From Eledone cirrhosa (Eukaryota): 64,000 bases of DNA. This document shows positions 52,450 through 64,000 of the stretch, piece by piece (the stretch's first letter is position 1; every line of letters begins with the position of its first letter). The stretch is taken from NCBI GenBank assembly GCA_964016885.1, contig OZ024743.1, positions 310,992,001 to 311,056,000 on the forward strand, in the 5' to 3' direction. The notes below the pieces were generated by a model that saw only the letters and a list, made by a program, of their open reading frames with translations, was not told where the DNA came from and made no database searches. The position numbers and the translations under genes are program-made.

Positions 52450-54360
52450 GATTTCTGGAACATCCGTACAATAAAAAAGAATTGTACAGAGAGAAAGACA
52501 GCCATTGTGGTTTCCAAATTGTAAAGATACAATTTGGATATTGTGGCCTCTCGCGGAAACCAGGTTTTCTGGGAAAGGTTATTTGGATGAATTGAATGAT
52601 TATACAATTTGTTGGTCTGAAAAACACGAGGGAGAGTGTTGGGAGTATGAAGTTGGGTTTGCTATGAAGATATTTGAAACTCTTGGGGAGCTACCCCGTG
52701 GTGTAAATGAGTTGACCACTTGGTGGGGGTCGTTATGCGTCTTTGGTGAGTGTTTATGCTCCCATGTTTAATGCTTCTGATGAAGTTATGTCCAATTTTT
52801 ATGAAACGTTAATTAAAGATTTGTCAAATCTTTATAGAGATTACAAGTTGTCTATCATGGGCGATTTTAACGCGTGTGTTATATATGTAGTGCCCTTGGT
52901 TCTGGATCATTTAACATTGTCCAGTGTAGCACCTCTGATGTCTGCGAAAATGAAACGTTAACAGGGACACGGTAATCGAGAATTTACCCCAATTTGATAT
53001 TGCCGAAAAACTTTAAAATATTCCTACCAATGGATGAGTATGATGTTGCATTAAGTCAGTTAAATAAAGGTAACGCTGCGAGTGCAGATGTCATATCTAC
53101 GGAAGTGCTGGTGTATTGTACAGATAGATTCAAGCGGTTACCATATGACACATTTCTTTCTATTTGGAATGGTATGTTAGTGCCATGATGGAAAAGATGC
53201 AATTATGATCTCACTGCACAGAGGTAATGGCAAAAAAGATATTTGTGACCACTTCAGGTGTATTTCGTTGTCAGATCACTGTGGCAAGGCCTTTGCTAGG
53301 ATTATTCTTAATAGTCTAATGAAACACATATGCCCACGTATTACACCGGAATCACAGTGTAGGATTTGTGTTGGGAGAGGAACGGTTTACATGATTTTCA
53401 CAATTCTTCATGTCCAAAAGAAATGTCTTGAGCAACGCGTAAACCTTATTCATATATATATAGATTTAACTAAAGCATTGGATAACATGAATGGGGAGCA
53501 CTATGGAATATACTTGAAAAATTAGGTTGTCTTCCAATTAGGTTGTCTTCCAGCTTTGGGAAAATATGAAAGCAATGGCTAATGTCAATGGTTATCTTTC
53601 TGATCCAGTAAACGTAGATAACGGTGAGAAGCATGGTGATGTTTTGTCACCTACTTTGTTCTCATACTTTTCGAGCGTTCTTGTCAAGCCATTTGAGAAT
53701 TGTGATATCGGGGCTTGTGTTAGGTAAAGGACTACTATAGGACTACTAGAAAGCTATTTAATTTGCGCCGTTTTTCTACCAGTAGTAAAACGTTTCTATC
53801 AATGGTTCCTGATCACCTCTATGCTAATAGCAAACCTTATGGCATATTCAGAAGCAGATATGCAGAGATTCTAATGGATCTTCTTTGTGTTTAAAAATTA
53901 GCTTGAGCAAAACAAGGGTTATGTTTATTTCGTCAGACGTTAATACATACCAAAAGCCAAACATTTTTGTTGATGGGATTTGTTTGGATACTGTCAATAG
54001 CTTTGTTTATCTAGGAAGTATAATTTTTTCAAGATGGGTCATTAAATGAAGAGGTGAATTTTCCTATTAGAAAAGTGTGCCCAGTTTTAGCTAGTTTGCA
54101 GGATAGAAGTGGTCCTAGTATGACCAAAATTGCTGTGTATAATGCTTGTGTTCTCACTGACCATATACAAAAAGTACATAAATACTTTAGAATGATTTCA
54201 TTAGAACTGTCTTAGACAGATTTTGTGAGCGAAATGGACAAGCTATATAATTGATACAGCTGTGTGTCAATGTGCTAACAGCATGAACATAGAATCACAT
54301 TTGATGAAACGTAGCTTCCGTTGGGTTGGGCACGTTATTCGGCTTGTGGATGGGAGAGCT
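52450..54360 (+). mobile_element. Decayed RTE/BovB-like LINE (APE plus RT)
   Basis: VSVYAPM..SIMGDFNA (APE); GKKDICDHFRCISL..GKAFARIIL..PESQC..GRGTVYMIF..QKKCLEQ..YIDLTKALD (RT). Confidence 0.88.
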
Positions 54361-54746
54361 AAATATAAATGTTATGCATGTTATAAGGATAAGGTTTATA
54401 TATAAACCATATACTCTTTGCGAACCCATTTTTAATATCATTTCCCTTATATAACGTGATCTGTATAGACCATTTTCTAACGTCCACACTTTTTTCTGTT
54501 TTTACTATATATATATATATATTATAAAATAACAGGAGGCTGGACTGGTGTAAATCCTTGAAAGGTTTATTATACTATGATCATTTCAGTGACCGAGTTC
54601 AGTATGAATCCGGTTATATCATCAGGTATTCGAAATATAACAAAGGAATATAACAGATAAAATCCATGGGTCTGAAAATCAGAGACAAGAGGACGATCAC
54701 TATTTAGCAGCTTCTACCTCAGTCGGTCGCCTTTTTTATATTTTGA

Positions 54747-54805
54747 ATACCTGATGATATCACCGAATTATATACTGAACCCGGTCATTGAAATGATCAT
54801 AGTAT
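54747..54805 (+). ncRNA. Type I hammerhead (family Z); mirror copy 54572-54629 (-)
   Basis: ATAC CTGATGA TATCACCG...CGGTCATT GAAA TGATCA TA GTAT; palindromic stem III. Confidence 0.8.
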
Positions 54806-54813
54806 AATAAACC

Positions 54814-55271
54814 TGTAGCGACCTACATTCCGCGGGCTCACATACATTCTCTGTGCGTGATTTGGCTCAGCTCAGCCAATCAGCGCCAGGGGAAGAGAAT
54901 GTATCCCTACGCTTTCTGAGGGAGAAATAGCCCGCAAAGATTTGAGAAATCTAACTCTTGCAGCTTGACCATGCTAAGGTAAACACCACTTGTTCTTTTG
55001 CTCCGTAAGCACAAACAATATGTAACGACAAACATTTACTACGGACCTGGCCAAACGCCTCAGCCAGTCGACCGTATTTTCTCTTGTAATCTTAATTGAA
55101 TTATTTCATTATTCTTGGCATGCCAGCTTAATTCACTTCTTAACCTTTGTTAATAAATAATGTAAAAACAAGCTAAAGTCGTTGTCGATATTCCTATCAT
55201 ATCTTTCTACCAAACCTGGTTCCTCGTGGCAACCTTACATTACAACTCTCTAAATATAACTCTCTGCTAAA
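54814..55271 (+). mobile_element. Probable solo LTR (458 bp)
   Basis: Begins TGTAGC, ends GCTAAA (GCTACA expected); AACC duplicated on both sides; AATAAA at ~55152; empty site seen in the mirror arm. Confidence 0.7.
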
Positions 55272-55463
55272 AACCTTTCAAAGATTTACACCAGTCCAGC
55301 CTTCTGTTATTTTATAATAATTAACTCCGTACTCGCACCACCAACTACACAAACGAAGACGGGTGAGTTGCCTTACGTTGAGTACTCTCCATAATATTAC
55401 ATCGAGATTGACCATACGTAATGACCAGTTCTATCCAGTGGCGAACCAACTAACCTAAATATA

Positions 55464-55548
<85 letters not shown>

Positions 55549-56119
55549 ATATACATTCGGTATACAAGGATGTATATATATATATATATATATACTAGCA
55601 AATATCCCCCGTCCATTGGACGGTGTTAGTTCTTGGCAGGACTGCAGTCTTAATGGTGAAATTCCGTTTTGTTGATGTTTAACATGGAGGATAATTTTAC
55701 GCGATCAATTCTTTCAATCAAAAATGAGACGGTATTCAAAAAGAGCATGTTTTATTTACAGATATCTATCATTAAAAAGTGAAAATAGAGAAATATCGAA
55801 AATAGAAAATAGAAAAATGTGAAAATAGAGAAAAATGGAAATATCGTTTGGAATCTCGTTTAATTGACGGAATGGCTGAAGAATCGGTACAAAAAGCATA
55901 GACCACAGTTCGGTTGACATGAAGGCATCTGTAAGAAACTACATGTTTAATTGAATTATGAAATAAGCTGGGGCATGTGGAATGCTGTCCATCGAAATGA
56001 ATAAATTGTTGATTTCATCAATGGGCATTTGTTGGAAGAGTAACATTACCTATTGCAAAAAGTAAGTAATCGCAATAAGGACCAACCTGAAGGGGCATTC
56101 CAATCCATGGAAAAACTAT

Positions 56120-59100
56120 TGGAGGGCTACTTTGTAAACCACATTTTTGTCAATCTTCCGGGAGCGTAGTAAAAGAGATTGGCCGAGTTTCCAACACTTG
56201 AACATCCCATATACAGTTGTCCGTGTGAAAAGCATGGAGTACTGAGGTCCAGCCCAACCACATTTAGTGACTGCCCCTGGGCTTTGTTAATGGTCATTGC
56301 AAAACTTAATCGAATGGGAAATTGGACTCTTTTCATCGGAAAGACACAGTCAGTTGGAATAGGTGGAACTCGGGAAATACAAACAGAGTCGCCAGCGCCT
56401 TTTCCCGTAATGATTGTAGCCTCGAGAACGTCATCCAACAATTGCGCTATAACCAAGCGTGTGCCATTGCAAAGCCGAGGAGGTTCCAAGTTTCTCAAGA
56501 GTATGATGGAACTTCCAAGTCTTAGGCAGAGTTTATGCGGTGGCATTCTCGATGGCTCTTGTGAGTTTAAAAACTCTGTTGGATAAAACGTTACTTGCGT
56601 CGGATCCGTAATCGAATCAATCGAAGCATAACATCGCTCTTGGGAAGGAAGTTGATGAAGCAGACATGTGTTAAGAGCTCGGACGGTGGCATTTGTAGGA
56701 GCTAAGATGGCCCTTTCACATCCATTCATGACTGACGTAATTGTTGAGCGGTCGGGGTAAACTCTTGTGCAAATGTCCTCAGAGCTGGAAACGTTGTTAC
56801 CGATGGTACTTATGTCAACCAAACCGTTTACGTCGATTGGTAAGTTCCCATTACCAACATCAATAACTTTGAACTAAAGTAATTGTCACCGTCTTGTTGG
56901 TGAAGAATCGATCGCATGTTGATGGTTAACTTTGTCGACTGGACGAAGCGGCAAAGATGAGAATGTTTAATGCAAGCATCTATTTCATCAACTGGTTGGC
57001 CTTTGGGGACAATGGGAAGAGTTTGACGAAAATCCCCAGCAAGAAGCAGAACGACGCCACCGAACTGTTTAAAGTTGGAGCTCAGGTCTTGTAGCGTTGT
57101 ATTGATTGCATTAAGTCCATTCTTGTGGGACATTGTTGCCTCGTCCCAGACAATCAATTTGCATTTTTGAAGGACAGCAGCCTCATCAAAATTCTACTTT
57201 ATATTGGTCGTCGGATTTTCAACATAACCGATGTTAAGGGGAAGCTTAAATGTTGAATGGACTTTTCTGCCGCTGTCTAGCAGTGTTGCTGCTATTCCTG
57301 AAGACGCCATTGCAATGGCAATCTGTCCACGCTGGCGAACTTTGGCAAGAAGGAGGTTGAGGAGAAATGTCTTTCCTGTGCCACCTGGCGCATCAAGGAA
57401 GTGGATGCCACCGTTGGTATCTTCAAGCATGGTCAAAACAAAAGTATAGACATCAGCTTGTTCAAGATTCAAATGTTTTTCTCTTTATTGAATGTAGGAC
57501 AGAAGCCTGGCAGCATCGTAGCATGTCTCCCTTACTAGGGGGCGGTTACAAACAGCCTCATTTTCTCTTTTACGGGATTCCATACAGTAGTTCTTCAAGG
57601 GACGGCCACCCATTTCCAAAAGTATATCTTCTAGAAATATGAGACGGCAGTTGTAGATTTCAGGTGTAAACTGTAAATTCATGTGTGTGGGCGCGAAGCG
57701 AGATTGCATTAGGATGCCCAAGCACATGTTGTCGCGATATTTCTCCCAGAAAGAATGTGGATTCCCAATACTGCAGTACACCAGCATAACGGCAAAAAGC
57801 TTACGAAGAGCAATTGGTGACTGAAACATTGATGCTTCATGGAGGGCGTAGTCAGAGTGGTCATCATTGTCGAGAAGACCTAATTTGCTGCAGGCCTCTT
57901 TAAATATTGAACAAATATGGCCATTGACGGTACGAAGGTCTTCAAAGGAAGTTGGACCATTGACAACGTGCAATAGAAGACGAAGCATCCCTTTGTGAAA
58001 AGTGTCCACGCTTTCTTCTTTGCCAACAGCGGGAAAATTTATTCCACGTGTAGAATGTAGACAACTCCGCATAGAGAAGTGTTCTGGCTAGAGAGTCAGA
58101 AGTATGGGTTCAAAGAATCCTGTAAGGGTCGTTCTTCGAGGTTGTCTTGCACAGTCAAGCATATTTTCTTGGTTAAAATACACCCGTTGACCATTCTCCA
58201 AATGAACTCTGAGGTGAATAACTACAGCTTATCGGAAAACTGTATATTCGCTAAAATGCCTCGTTAGAAGAGATGTAGCGTCCAGTTTGTAAAAACGTGA
58301 CTTCATCTGTGGCGGCATCAGGGTTATCGGTCTTAGCCAACTCAATAACTGCTCGATCGGCTCCCTTATGAACATACTTGCAGATGTATTGGATTGATTT
58401 TACGGAGTTGCAGAATTCAACATTAATGTGGGCTGAAAACATTTTACAAAGCCCCTTGTTATGTGGTACAACCCATCGGTTGGCGATATTGAAATCTTGA
58501 CCACCAATCATTGTTATATTTGCCGTATGTCCACCTTCCTGTGGCGCCCTGCGACGGTATAAAGGGTAGCCATCATCACCAGTTTTGGTTTCATGGATAA
58601 GTTTACGTGGGTAACGCTTTGTACATTTCCCATTATCCATACATGCAGATTTTGGATTTAGGTGGCCACACGATCCATGGATCATGTAGGCTTTTATAAT
58701 TTGAAAAAGGACAGGGTCTTCTTGGGGATTTGGTAATTCAGCACTTATAACGGAATCAACATCAGTTGACATGAGTTTTTTTTAAGCCAAAGGAGAATAT
58801 GGGCATGTGGGAGTCCCCTCTTCTGCCATTCTACGGTGTACATGAAACACCTTACTGGTCCGTATTTTATAACATCATTATTTTCATAAGTGGATAAGGG
58901 CGGTGGATTGGCAGTATCGGTAGAGGGTCGGACGCCATGCTTTGACGCATAGAGTTACGGCCCTTGCCATTCTGAGTTCAAATCCCGCCCAGGTTAACTT
59001 TGCCTTTCATCCTTACGGGGTCGATAAAATAAAGTACCAGTAATGCACTGGGTATTTGCTGGCCTTGTGCCAAAAGTAGAAACAATTATTTTCATAAGTT

Positions 59101-60864
59101 TTAGGTGAAATACTCTAGACGTGATATCATGCCTGCGTGAAGGATTTTGGCAATGAAGTAACTGAGACTGGATGTCAAACCATTTGGGATTGCATGTGAA
59201 GGTGATTAAAAGATCAGGACGGCCACAATGGCGGACATAGGTGAGAGCATCCTTCATTGTTTCATGCATGTAACAGGGGCCTCCAGTGTATGACGATGGG
59301 AGAATGACAGAAAGCCCAACATCCGAAGCAATAACCTGATCATTTTGGTTGGCTTCGTCACGTAGATTGCCGTATTATTCTAAACGCAGTTCCTTTTGAT
59401 GGTGTCTTATCCATTGGAGGCGTTCAGTGTCAATCTGGAAAGGGAGGAAATTGTTGTGGTAAATATTCAGTGAGCTGGCTAAGGAAATTTTCTGAAGGAA
59501 ATCATAAAATAAGAAATATTTACCTTAGCAAATACGTCTACACAGTATTGATTGAGGAGCATCCGTGTTCTATGCAGAATGTTGATATCGCTTTTGCGAA
59601 CCATAAGCCTAAATGCATAAAATTCCATTTGTGAAATGGTTTTCCGTGGTTGAAGATGCATTAAAGTTACCGGATTACACTTTGGCAAGTCAATGCGGTA
59701 GCCATCGTCCCCAAAGGGGAACAGTAACGGATATTGGAGGGCATCATATGCAGGATGAAGTTCATTTATTTTTCGAAGACGCGAGTCCTGCCATTCAAGA
59801 ACAATATCACGGTTTGAACCACTCTCATTAGGACGTGTTATAAGCACCGCAACTTCCTCGGTTTGGGGTCTGTTAAAGCAACCCTGATGCTGCCCTGGTG
59901 GAGCGCGGTCACCTCGAATGACAACTTTGAATTGATTGGTGTTAGCATCTCTGCGCTGAAAAGCAGTTTTGAAAATGGTGTTGTAGGGGTTTATGGTATG
60001 AAGCATATATTGAGGGCCTGCAGAAGAAAAGGTATTGTTCCTTTAGCAACTGAGGCTCTTCGTGCCGTTTCTTCAGGTCCATTCCCCATAAATTAAATCT
60101 GAAGAAAACTGTGTTCATCGTCATCTTGTGGAATAAGGGAGCCAATCTGATGGTAAATTTGGCCTGCACTTTGAATGTGGGCATATAATTTCCATGTTTT
60201 ATTGGTGTATAACCAAAGCTTGTCATTTGGAAAGCAAAATTGTAGGCTCTTATGTTTCTAAGAAAGTGTTTAGAATCAGAGTGATCTCCAAGCAGCAGAG
60301 AATTCTAAGGTTCGGCATCGACTTGTAAATGAAGCAATCTAACCGTTCCATTGGTGCAGCATATACCGGTAGATTCTGCTGGCCACCTCATTGCGTTACA
60401 ATGGACGCAAACAGTTGACATGCTACCAATGATGATATGTGGGTGGGATGCGTAGTCCTCTTGGAGGCTGTAATGAAAAGCCTTCTTAGACCAGTAACAG
60501 GAAGAAACCCTCGGAAAAGAAAGACATGAGAACGCATTTTCCGTTGAGAATCAGCCGCAAGCCTTGTTGCTCTTTGGTCAACAGTCCCTAAAGCACGGCT
60601 ATTTGAAGTACAAGCGGCATCGCAAACAAGCTGGCGTTCTGCTTGTTCAGCAGTCTGTAATGCTCTGGTCTTCGAAGTAGCATTGCGAGCGAGCCGGAGT
60701 TCTGCTTGTTCAGTTGTCTGTAATGCTCTGGCGATCGAAGTAGAAACAGCATTGCGAGCACACCGTAGCATACATTGTTCTTCTGTCTCGCTTGCGCACA
60801 AAGAACGCAAAGCAAAAGCATTTCTTGTTCTTCTTCCAATGTGACTCTTGCTTTTTCGAGGCAT
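56120..60864 (-). pseudogene. Helitron RepHel pseudogene
   Basis: ATG at 60862-60864 (MPRKSK); AYDALQYPLLFPFGDDG; GRPDLLITFTCNPKW; EWQKRGLPHAHILLWL (~58790-58840); IQYICKYVHKG; DAPGGTGKTF; GDFRQTLPIV; CNGTRL; FAMTINKAQGQS; FSHGQLY. Frameshifted. Confidence 0.96.
58892..59084 (+). mobile_element. SINE inserted in the Helitron Rep domain with a 15-bp TSD
   Basis: ATTATTTTCATAAGT at 58877-58891 and 59085-59099. Confidence 0.95.
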
Positions 60865-60997
60865 TCTATGGAAAATCTGTAATTGAATAAATCTGAAACA
60901 AATCAAATCAAAGAAATTTACCTGGTTGTTGTTTATAGGACTTCTAATGAAGATTTTGAATGCAAAGTCCCATAAAGATTAGAAAATGGTGATATAT

Positions 60998-61715
60998 ATA
61001 AGTATGTATACGTACATACATATATGTATACAGATGTATAGTAGTATGTATATATATATACATACATGCAAACATATATATATGTACGTATGGATTCACC
61101 AAACATTTATTATAATGCACGGTGTGTTTGTAAAGAAACATCCCGTATATGTATGCACGTATACATACTTATATTTAAGTAACAGCCGTACTAAGAGTGG
61201 GAAATGAAATTTCGTTTCATTTTTTCCGTTTATCGTTTTCGGTGCACCCGGCCGATTAACCCACTCGATATGCAAATTGGGCTACTCAGCCGTTCATATG
61301 CATAAGAAAAGTATATACTTTCGGACGTTCAACTATCTGGCAGGAAGGTATACGTTGCTGACGATAGCTAACAAGCTTGAAACTAGTACAGCGTTCCTTT
61401 GTCAGTGTTGAACAAACGAGCAACGGCGGTTGCTAGACACTACGGCTTAATACGGGATGTTTGTTTACAAACACACCGAGCATTATAATAAATGTTTGGT
61501 GAATCCATACGTAAATATATATATGTGTGCATGTATGTATATATATATACATACTACTGTACGTCTGTATACATATATGTATGTACGTATACATACTTAT
61601 ATTTAAGTAACAGCCGTACTAAGAGTGGGAAATGAAATTTCTTTTCATTTTTTCCGATATATATATATATATATCGGAAAAAATGAAAAGAAATTTCATT
61701 TCCCACTCTTATATA
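60998..61715 (+). mobile_element. Diverged copy of the 470-bp hammerhead unit (~1.1 units plus inverted pieces) nested in Helitron 2
   Basis: 61145-61660 aligns by eye to 24245-24742; 60998-61148 is the reverse complement of ~61450-61600; small inverted piece at 61675-61710. Confidence 0.9.
61352..61394 (+). ncRNA. Minimal type I hammerhead ribozyme (diverged unit)
   Basis: ACGTTG CTGACGA TAGCTAACAAGCTT GAAA CTAG TA CAGCGT. Confidence 0.92.
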
Positions 61716-62727
61716 TATATATATACCTGTAAACATATGTATGTATTTATCTATGCATGCATACATATATTAAATATTTTCATATTTACAAAAATATTTT
61801 TCTAATATCGTGTTTAATATTTTATATTGTCGTCTGCTTCTGTTCTCACAACATGTGGTTACTTACTGTCTCACTCTCTCTCTTTCTTTCCCCTCTCACA
61901 CAGCCTCTTCTTTCTCTCTCTTTTTGCCAGTCCCTTCCCTCACACAGTCTTCTCTCTCTCTCTCTTCCTTCCGCTTCCTTTTTTGTCTCTTTCTTTCTGT
62001 CGCTGTTTCCCTCCTATAGACATTCTCTCTCTTTCTTTTTCTGTCCTTCTCTCTCTTCTACTCTGCACTTTCTATTTCCTTCTCTTTTTCAACCGCGTTC
62101 CCGCTTACGGCAGTTCTAATGGAGATTGTTTAACGCAAAGTCACACAAGGATTAGAAAATAGCGATTATCACTTTGAAAGTAACAATTATGCAATAAATA
62201 GTTGTTATTCACACGTCTCGCATCCTCCTTTGGCAATGTGTAAAATTTTAGCAAAATCGGGTGAACAATACGCAAGTTATAATACTTTACACACACAGAC
62301 AGAACGGGACTTATATAGTAGATATAGATATATATACATTCGGTGTATAAGGATGCAATCCACTTCAAGCACTCAACGTCATATTACTTCTTTAAAATAA
62401 GAATGATGGAGTATATTTATAAAGAGAAAAATGTGAATTTGTAGATGTTAGAGTATTTTATTATACATATTTCCATGGCGATAGATATCGTGGTTTCTTC
62501 AAACAGCAAAATTGAGGAAAATATATTTCCCTAGAAGGGAGCAGACATCCAAAGCAAAATCAAAGATCTTTTTTTAGTTCGCTCCCATCCACCCATAATT
62601 ATCTCGGAAACGTTACTTTTTACTCAATTTTGCTGTCTGAAGAAATCACGATATCTATCGTCATGGAAATATATATATAACGGCTCGATTAATAAAAGAC
62701 TCTAACATCTACAACTTCGCACTTTCC

Positions 62728-62855
<128 letters not shown>

Positions 62856-63364
62856 TGATATCTATGTATATATATATATATCACATCTCCTAGTTTAGAA
62901 CAACAAAACTGTATTCTTCCTATCTTTCGATTTTAGCACTTTTATGAATTTTTATGGGTTTTTTATACTCCATTTTATGTATTTATTTATCTATTTATTG
63001 TTTTAATTTATAATCTTTTTAGAAAAAGTGTCGAATAAGCAGTATTATTTTTGATAAATATAATTTGTGTACACACGATAAACATAGATTTATTCTTTTC
63101 TCTTAAATTACCGACTATTTTTACTTTCCTGTAATATGTATAATTAATGATTATTATATAAAACACCTATCCTATTTTCTGGTGCTGATTTCTATGATGA
63201 CATTGCTTCTATCCATAGCGTTACTCTAAAAGCATTTTGGTATATATTTCAGACATTATTTATTAAACTTATTTCTTCAGTCTTTCAATTTATCATGTTT
63301 CGTTTGTCTAGGTTTGATAATCCAGTTTCAAAAATATTATATATTGTATACCATAGCCGTATTC

Positions 63365-63510
63365 ATCATTGGGTGGTTCCAGAGTATGATTTGCAACCAC
63401 TTGGTTCTTAGTTCAGTATTGCTGCACATCATATTAAGCAACTGTCTTTTAATATAAACTCGAGCTAACCAAAATCTTATGAGTCGAATTTGGTAAACAG
63501 AAACTGCCTA
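63365..63510 (+). mobile_element. Old SINE remnant of a second family
   Basis: GGTTCTTAGTTCAGT..AAGCAACTGTCTTT..CCAAAATCTTATGAGTCGAATTTGGTAAACAGAAACTG resembles a tRNA-derived cephalopod SINE; recognition only. Confidence 0.45.
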
Positions 63511-64000
63511 TCCTATATCTAACATCCAATGTATATCACTTGCTAGTTTAAAAAGTCACTATACAACTCATCATGGTGCTATTGGCATATAGTTATCATA
63601 TGAGTAAGAAAATAATCAAATACGAAATCGATTAGACAACCAACATATTTGATATTTACTACACCTTGTTGAGTTGCAATAGATGGGTTTTATGGGTCAA
63701 TACAAATCTGTTATATTGCTCTGATAGACAGATATTCATTTAGTAGTCGAACAACGCACACGTGTTATTCAAGGCTCCATGATGATTCGATAAAGAGAAC
63801 TATATATTGAATAAATTTTTTACTTCAAAGAATCGTTCTGTTGAACGAATTTCTTCCAATATTAGCTGTTTTGATTCATTGAAATAATTAATATTGTTTC
63901 TTAATTACAGAAACCGAAATTTTAGCTATCTTTTCATTGAGATGTCAAGTATATTAGTGCCAAATAACTTTCAGTTTTATATATATATATATATATATAT

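Larger units (their letters stand above)
54520..55460. mobile_element. Family Z pLTR-like inverted pair, right arm interrupted by a solo LTR
   Basis: 54521-54640 is the reverse complement of 54736-54813 plus 55276-55318; flanked by (AT)n. Confidence 0.8.
55595..62328 (-). mobile_element. Helitron 2 (autonomous-type, decayed) with both termini
   Basis: 3' end: hairpin CCGTCCAATGGACGG and CTAG at 55595-55598; 5' TC at 62322 or 62328 (TCTATATCTACTATATAAG); sits in TA runs. Confidence 0.88.

Overview
This is AT-rich eukaryotic (metazoan) DNA made almost entirely of repeats, with no host gene I can support. The abundant short SINE resembles cephalopod/octopus SINEs, but that is recognition from memory, not a search. 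Contents: two decayed Helitrons with intact termini (6988-13657 +; about 55595-62328 -), non-autonomous Helitrons, a Mariner remnant, RTE-type and CRE-type non-LTR fragments, Penelope-like (GIY-YIG/RT) fragments, a probable solo LTR, about 11 SINE copies and many microsatellites. The main signal is RNA-level. A ~470-bp non-coding unit forms tandem and inverted arrays (15.1-17.2 kb, 19.7-24.7 kb), with a diverged copy at ~61 kb. Every complete unit carries a minimal type I hammerhead ribozyme with a palindromic stem III, an octamer motif and hairpins that show compensatory changes, so it looks like a retrozyme/circular-RNA replicon. About seven other unrelated hammerhead-bearing non-coding families also occur. 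Most are inserted in (AT)n tracts, several as head-to-head inverted pairs, and one array is fused directly to a Penelope GIY-YIG fragment. All structures were read by eye and need computational and biochemical confirmation.
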